A DNA stretch of 14,520 nucleotides, from assembly GCA_963823035.1 (NCBI GenBank), contig CAWGKG010000003.1:1-14520 (forward strand), in the 5' to 3' direction. The position numbers and the translations under genes were made by a program. The notes beneath the pieces were generated by a model, which searched no databases, was not told where the DNA came from, and was given only the letters and a program-made list of their open reading frames with translations. The stretch comes from an uncultured Gemmatimonadales bacterium. Lineage in GTDB: Bacteria > Gemmatimonadota > Gemmatimonadetes > Longimicrobiales > Gaopeijiaceae. Positions 10,351-14,520 of this stretch are shown here, piece by piece (the first letter of the stretch is position 1; every line of letters starts with the position of its first letter).

Positions 10351-10971
10351 ATGCGACGACCGTACCTGGGTGGAGGACTCATGGCGAGCGTGGGACTCCT
10401 CCTTGCCGCGGGACGGGTGCAGGCCCAGGTCCCGCTCGACATCGTGGCTGGTCCCGCGTTCACGACCGTCTCGACCGACGAGTTCGACACTTCGTCCAGG
10501 ACGGGATTCTTCGCAGGGATCGGGACCATGTTCCAGGTCGGCGAGACGTTCGCGATCCGGCCCTACGTCACCTACGTGCAGAAGGGTGCCAAGTTCGCGA
10601 GCGACGACGGCGAAGACATCTACGGCTACGTCGAGATCCCGGTCTTCCTCTCCACCGCATTCCCACTCTCCGAAACGGTCGACCTCGGGGTCTCCCTCGG
10701 ACCCCAACTGGCTTTCAACATCAAGTGCAACGAAACGGTTCCAGGAGAGCCGGACTACGACTGCAAGAACTACGATGATTACGGCGGCAGCACGGAGTTC
10801 GGGGTCGTCGGCAGCGTGGGACTCCAGTTCCCCGTGGGAACCTCGACCCTGGGTGTCGGAGCCGGCTTCGACCTCGGCCTCAAGGACGTCTTCAAGGACA
10901 TCCAGGGAGGCTACAAGAACCGGGCTCTCTTCCTCTTCGTCGGCTACGGGCTGTCGCTGGGCGGTATGTAG
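10351..10971 (+). CDS. Outer-membrane beta-barrel ('porin family', OMP_b-brl_2/PorT-like) protein
   Basis: GGAGGG RBS at 10341-10346 and ATG at 10351. Signal peptide ending VQA|Q, followed by RTGFFAG, YVQKGAK, YVEIPV, GPQLAF, DLGL and KNR motifs typical of these small barrels. Confidence 0.85.
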   Translation: MRRPYLGGGLMASVGLLLAAGRVQAQVPLDIVAGPAFTTVSTDEFDTSSRTGFFAGIGTMFQVGETFAIRPYVTYVQKGAKFASDDGEDIYGYVEIPVFLSTAFPLSETVDLGVSLGPQLAFNIKCNETVPGEPDYDCKNYDDYGGSTEFGVVGSVGLQFPVGTSTLGVGAGFDLGLKDVFKDIQGGYKNRALFLFVGYGLSLGGM

Positions 10972-10982
10972 GAGCTGGAGAA

Positions 10983-11010
10983 CGGCCCCTCGGAGCTGAC
11001 CGAGAGGCCG
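10983..11010 (-). terminator. Hairpin between convergent OMP gene and tRNA, probable intrinsic terminator
   Basis: On the minus strand: CGGCCTCTCGG-tcagct-CCGAGGGGCCG (11-bp stem with one G-U pair) followed by TTCTCC. The U-tract is weak. Confidence 0.5.
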
Positions 11011-11031
11011 AGAGCCCCTTTGGGGGAACAG

Positions 11032-11104
<73 letters not shown>

Positions 11105-11148
11105 TCGGGACGGACGCGGCGCGGCCGCCCGACGCCGTCCCGCGCTCC

Positions 11149-11176
11149 AAGATAGACGCGCCGCGCGAATCGTGAA
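11149..11176 (-). promoter_or_regulatory. Putative sigma70-type promoter of tRNA-Lys
   Basis: On the minus strand, TTCACG-N16-TATCTT lies about 45 nt upstream of the tRNA 5' end. Confidence 0.45.
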
Positions 11177-11203
11177 GCCCGCGCCGTAGGGCACGGCTTC
11201 CAG

Positions 11204-12582
11204 CTGACAGGTCCAGCCGCACCACCCCCGGCTCTCCCCCGACCGGCTTCCGCTCGAAGCCGAGGATGCGGGCGAGCTTGAGCATCGCGGCGTTGTCGGC
11301 CAGCGTATCGGCGATCAGCGCGCCGTGTTCCACGCGCCCGTGCGTAGTCGACGATCCGGCGCGTCAGGTGGACGCCCAGGCCCAGTCCCGCGTAGCTCGC
11401 GGGCCACCAGGATGGCGAATTCCGCCACCTCGTTGTCCGGGATCCGCGCTGATCTGCACGATGCCGTGGATCGGTGTCTCCCCGGGAATTCCATGCTCCG
11501 TGAGCACCAGCACCATCTCCCGGTCGTAGTCGATCTGCGTGAAGCGCGCCGTGGCCATGTGCGAGAACTTCATGCGCGGCACGAAGAAGCGGTAGCGGAC
11601 CTCCTCGGGCGTCAGCGCCTCGAACATGCGCTGCAGCGCCGGCTCGTCCTCGGGCAGGACGGGACGGACGAAGAGCTTCCGGCCGTCGGCCAGCTCCACG
11701 TCCTCCTCGAGCTGCCTCGGGTAGGGGCGGATGGCCAGACGGGGCGAAGGGCGCGCCGTCCGCCGGGCGCACGCGCACCCGGCCGTCCAGCACGAGCACG
11801 CCCTGGCGTCCACCATGAACGGATCCAGCTCGAGCTCCGCAACCTGCGGCAGGTCCACCACGAGCTGCGACACCTTCACCAGCGTGAGCGCCACGGCGTC
11901 GCAGGTCGCGGCGGAAGCTCCCCGAGTAACCCTCCAGCATACGATGGATGCGCGTGCGCGACATGAGCGCACGGGCGAGCCGGAGGTTCAGCGGCGGGAA
12001 CCCGAGCGCCACATCGTCGATCACTTCCGCGTGACCGTTCCGCCCTGCCCGAAGAGCAGCGTCGGCCCGAACTGGGGGTCCTCGCGCATCCCGACCATGA
12101 GGTCGGGGACTTCGGGCCTGCCAGCCGCCGGCCCGCCGACCGGGATGCCGTACGCCCTCGAGGACACGCGCGAGCTCGGGCCGCGAGAGCCACTCCCGCC
12201 CGTCCGCCAGCGCCCCTTCCAGCACGTCGGAGGCGTCCTCCCGACGGGGGTCGAAATCCTCCGGCAGCGACGGGGGCGTCTCCAGGAGCATGTCCTGTCG
12301 CACCCCGTGCTCGACGAGCTGCATGAAGGCGTTGATGGCTCGCTCGGGGGTGTCGTAGGAGGGGACGCCCGCCTCGTGCAGCACGCGGACCGCCTCGGCG
12401 GTCGTCGCCGCCCCGACCCAGCTCGCCAGGAGCGTCTTCCCCCTGCGGGCCACCATGACGTTGGCGAGCGAGCGAGCCGCGTCCACGCGGTCCGCCATCG
12501 AGGTGGGACAGTTGATGACGAGCACCGCGTCCACGCCGGCGTCTTCCAGGATCACCCTCAGGGCGGCCTCGTAGCGGCCCCC
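11204..12582 (-). CDS. Bifunctional acetate-CoA ligase-like/GNAT protein acetyltransferase (Pat/PatZ-like), 3' portion only, with many frameshifts
   Basis: Pieces: RYEAALRVILEDAGVDAVLVINCP...TPERAINAFMQL...LLETPPSLP; DPQFGPTLLFGQGG; PPLNLRLARALMSRTRI; RLAIRPYP...RPVLPEDE...RYRFF...ARFTQIDYDREM; GLGLG...DNAAMLKLARILGF. The N-terminal CoA-binding half is absent, replaced by unrelated DNA beyond about 12585. The true stop is unclear. Confidence 0.85.
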
Positions 12583-12662
12583 GATGCCCGCCAAGGAACG
12601 CCGCCGCGGTACCGCGTAATCACGCCTTGGCGGCGCAGCCAACGAACGCCGCTGTTTTTCAG

Positions 12663-12836
12663 CCCGGATTATTCACCGTAGGCCGGACCGAGGTCGCAAA
12701 CCCATGCCGTAGCTGCGCAAACCGATTTGTTCTCAAACACGCTTTGCGACTCGTAGACGGCTGCGATTTACGACCGAAGTTCCGGCGCAGCAACGGTTTG
12801 CTTGATACGGCCTACAGATGTCGTGAATAATCCGGG
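12663..12836. mobile_element. 174-bp MITE-like element with perfect 14-bp terminal inverted repeats (IS1380-like ends, by inference)
   Basis: CCCGGATTATTCAC (12663-12676) and GTGAATAATCCGGG (12823-12836), flanked by the imperfect 4-bp direct repeat TCAG/TTAG. No credible ORF inside. Confidence 0.7.
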
Positions 12837-12878
12837 TTAGGGGAAATTCCGACCTGATTCTGGCTTTTTCTCGAGTTG

Positions 12879-13235
12879 CTATTTCCGCCGCCGCAAGTTC
12901 GCGGCAAGGGCTTCGACTTCCTGTTGCAGCAAGCTAACTTGCTCGCGCAAGGGCTTCGTTGGATTCAGCAACCGTCTGACCAGCCGCAGCCGGGGCGACA
13001 AGTCCGTCGAGGAGCTGCCCGACGCGACCGAGAAGCGGGGCGCTGCCCCTCGCCGCCTAGTTGCTCTTCTAACGACGGGCCACGTCGTAGCGGACTGGGG
13101 CTCGCGTCGAACGGGCGCTGGGGCAGGCGGAGCGTTTTGTGTGACGGAGTTGCCCAGCAAGTGAACGCGTTTGCGGTACAGCCGGTCTCCTTCGTAATAA
13201 GACAACTCAATCTCGCGGTCTGTCGGAGCGACGAT
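12879..13235 (-). pseudogene. 3' remnant of an unrelated gene (coiled-coil C-terminus) fused to the truncated transposase
   Basis: After SGGKQR the translation reads [23 protein letters not shown], a Pro-rich linker, then (across frames) [14 protein letters not shown]...[18 protein letters not shown]. None of this resembles the IS110 C-terminus. Confidence 0.45.
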
Positions 13236-14054
13236 CCGCTGTTTTCCGCCCGAGGCGAACACGCGGGGATTCAGTCCGGCAAAGCGGCCGATCGCCTTGC
13301 GATGGGTGAAGCGGCGGAAGTCGCCGACTTCCGCGATGATTGTGGCGGCGGTGACCAGCGCCACGCCCGGGAAGCTCGTCAAGATTCCATACACCTCCTG
13401 GAAAGAATCGCGCTGGACCACCTCGCCGATCACCCGCTCGGCCTCGGCGATCTGTCGCTCGGTGAGGGCCAATTGATCGACGCACTGCCAGAGCATGGCC
13501 ACGTGCCGGGCCGGGAGTTTTTCTCCTTGGGCCTTGAGGTAACGAATCAGCCCGTCGCTCTCGAGCCGCGCCGGGCCAGGCCGGTTGTTGGCGTTCATGA
13601 TGCTTTTGACGCGACAGAGCACGCGGGCATGCTGCCGCGAGAAGCCATTGCGGTGCCGCGTCAAGTCGCGCAAGAACTGCACGGAGAGCGGCGGCGCGTA
13701 CGCGGTCGGCAATCGTCCGGCGGAGAGCAACTCCGCGATGTTGTAGGCATCTTCCCGGTCGGTCTTCAGTCGTCGGCCGGCCAGCGCCCGGGCCTGCGTG
13801 GCGTCGGCCAGCACGAGTTCCTCGACGAGCGGCTCCGCGAGCTCCCACAGCCAGCGATAAAAACCGACCGTCTCGATGGCCACGGTGTGAGGCCGCGGCA
13901 GTGCGGCGAAGTACTCCGTAATCAGCTTCCGACACTTGCAGGGAATCTTTTGAAACGAGACTTCCCCGCAGCAGCGGCAGAAGACGCAGGCGGTGAGCGT
14001 GTCCTTGTGCAAGTCGATGCCGACGCACCAGTGATGATTGAGCGTTCGTTCCAT
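13236..14054 (-). CDS. IS110-family transposase/recombinase (DEDD RuvC + partial Tnp domain), C-terminally truncated
   Basis: ATG at 14054 with GGAGA RBS (14063-14067). Motifs VGIDLHK (D), IETVG (E), KTDREDA (DD), [31 protein letters not shown] and [12 protein letters not shown] (catalytic Ser region). The usual following ISK.G...LR segment is missing. Confidence 0.92.
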
Positions 14055-14132
14055 TCTAAGAATCTCCATGTACGGGGCCGCAGGAAACCAAAAACTACGG
14101 AGAAGCATACCCGCTTCTCCCGGCCCCTACAT
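13236..14132 (-). mobile_element. Partial IS110-family element; upstream end at about 14131-14134, downstream end lost
   Basis: Transposase plus about 80 bp of structured upstream DNA, ending where the conserved prepilin codons (GGT TTC ACG CTC GTC GAG) begin. The exact boundary is inferred. Confidence 0.65.
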
Positions 14133-14520
14133 GGTTTCACGCTCGTCGAGCTGCTGGTCGTGATCGCGATCATCGGCATGCTGGTGGCGCTGTTGCTGCC
14201 GGCGATCCAGGCGGCCCGCGAGGCGGCCGCGGCGGACGCAGTGCGAAAACAATCTCAAGCCAAATTGGCGTGGCGATGTGCGTGCACGTCGACCGCGGCG
14301 GCACCTATCCGGTCGGCTGCCTTGGTTGCCGGCCGCGGCTGAACGCGGACGAACCGTCTACGGTGTTGCCATACATCTCTTGGAACGTCCAATTGCTGCC
14401 GCAGTTGGAAGAGGAATCGCTCTGGAAGCAATTCGATTTCTCACTTCCGTCGTATCACGCGACGAATCGACCGGTCGCCGCAACCGTGCAGCCGAATTCC
14501 TCTGCCCCAGCACGGAGGAA
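14034..14520 (+). CDS. DUF1559 (prepilin-type N-terminal cleavage/methylation domain) protein, 5' part; frameshifts at about 14230, 14260 and 14495; start uncertain
   Basis: [32 protein letters not shown], then across frames [16 protein letters not shown]...YPVG...[16 protein letters not shown]...FLCPS, the typical planctomycete DUF1559 signature. The nearest in-frame starts are GTG 14031 and ATG 14034, inside the IS. Confidence 0.9.
14066..14134. repeat. Nested inverted repeats at the IS110 upstream end
   Basis: CCATGTA-c-GGGGCCG (14066-14080) pairs with CGGCCCC-TACATGG (14121-14134). The inner GGAGAAGC (14099-14106) pairs with GCTTCTCC (14113-14120). Confidence 0.85.

Noticed and set aside
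12876..14030. 488-aa plus-strand ORF (12876..14342) read as one long protein ending in a pilin motif
   Set aside because: Its first ~385 codons are the antisense shadow of the transposase and have no recognisable motifs. A prepilin motif needs to be near the N-terminus, so only the part from about 14034 is credible.

Overview
This GC-rich bacterial window appears to consist of two unrelated blocks joined at about 12.58-12.6 kb. Left block (1-~12580, very high GC; gene content reminiscent of Gemmatimonadota, an inference): three adjacent ATP-grasp-type genes (one apparently circularly permuted), a DAACS-family amino-acid/dicarboxylate symporter with atypical binding-site residues, two outer-membrane beta-barrel genes, a degraded ORF, a TIGR02999-type ECF sigma factor coupled to a Ser/Thr kinase-TM-TPR protein, tRNA-Lys(UUU), and the 3' part of a Pat/PatZ-like acyl-CoA-ligase/GNAT gene. 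Right block (visibly lower GC, Planctomycetota-like): a 174-bp MITE with 14-bp terminal inverted repeats, a C-terminally truncated IS110-family recombinase, and a DUF1559 prepilin-like gene. The best lead is that the hairpin-forming IS110 end abuts the G|FTLVE prepilin cleavage site and supplies an in-frame, basic leader peptide. This suggests an IS110 that targets, or even shuffles, pilin-like genes without destroying the mature protein. Many genes carry single-base frameshifts typical of unpolished long-read sequence, so several coordinates are approximate.
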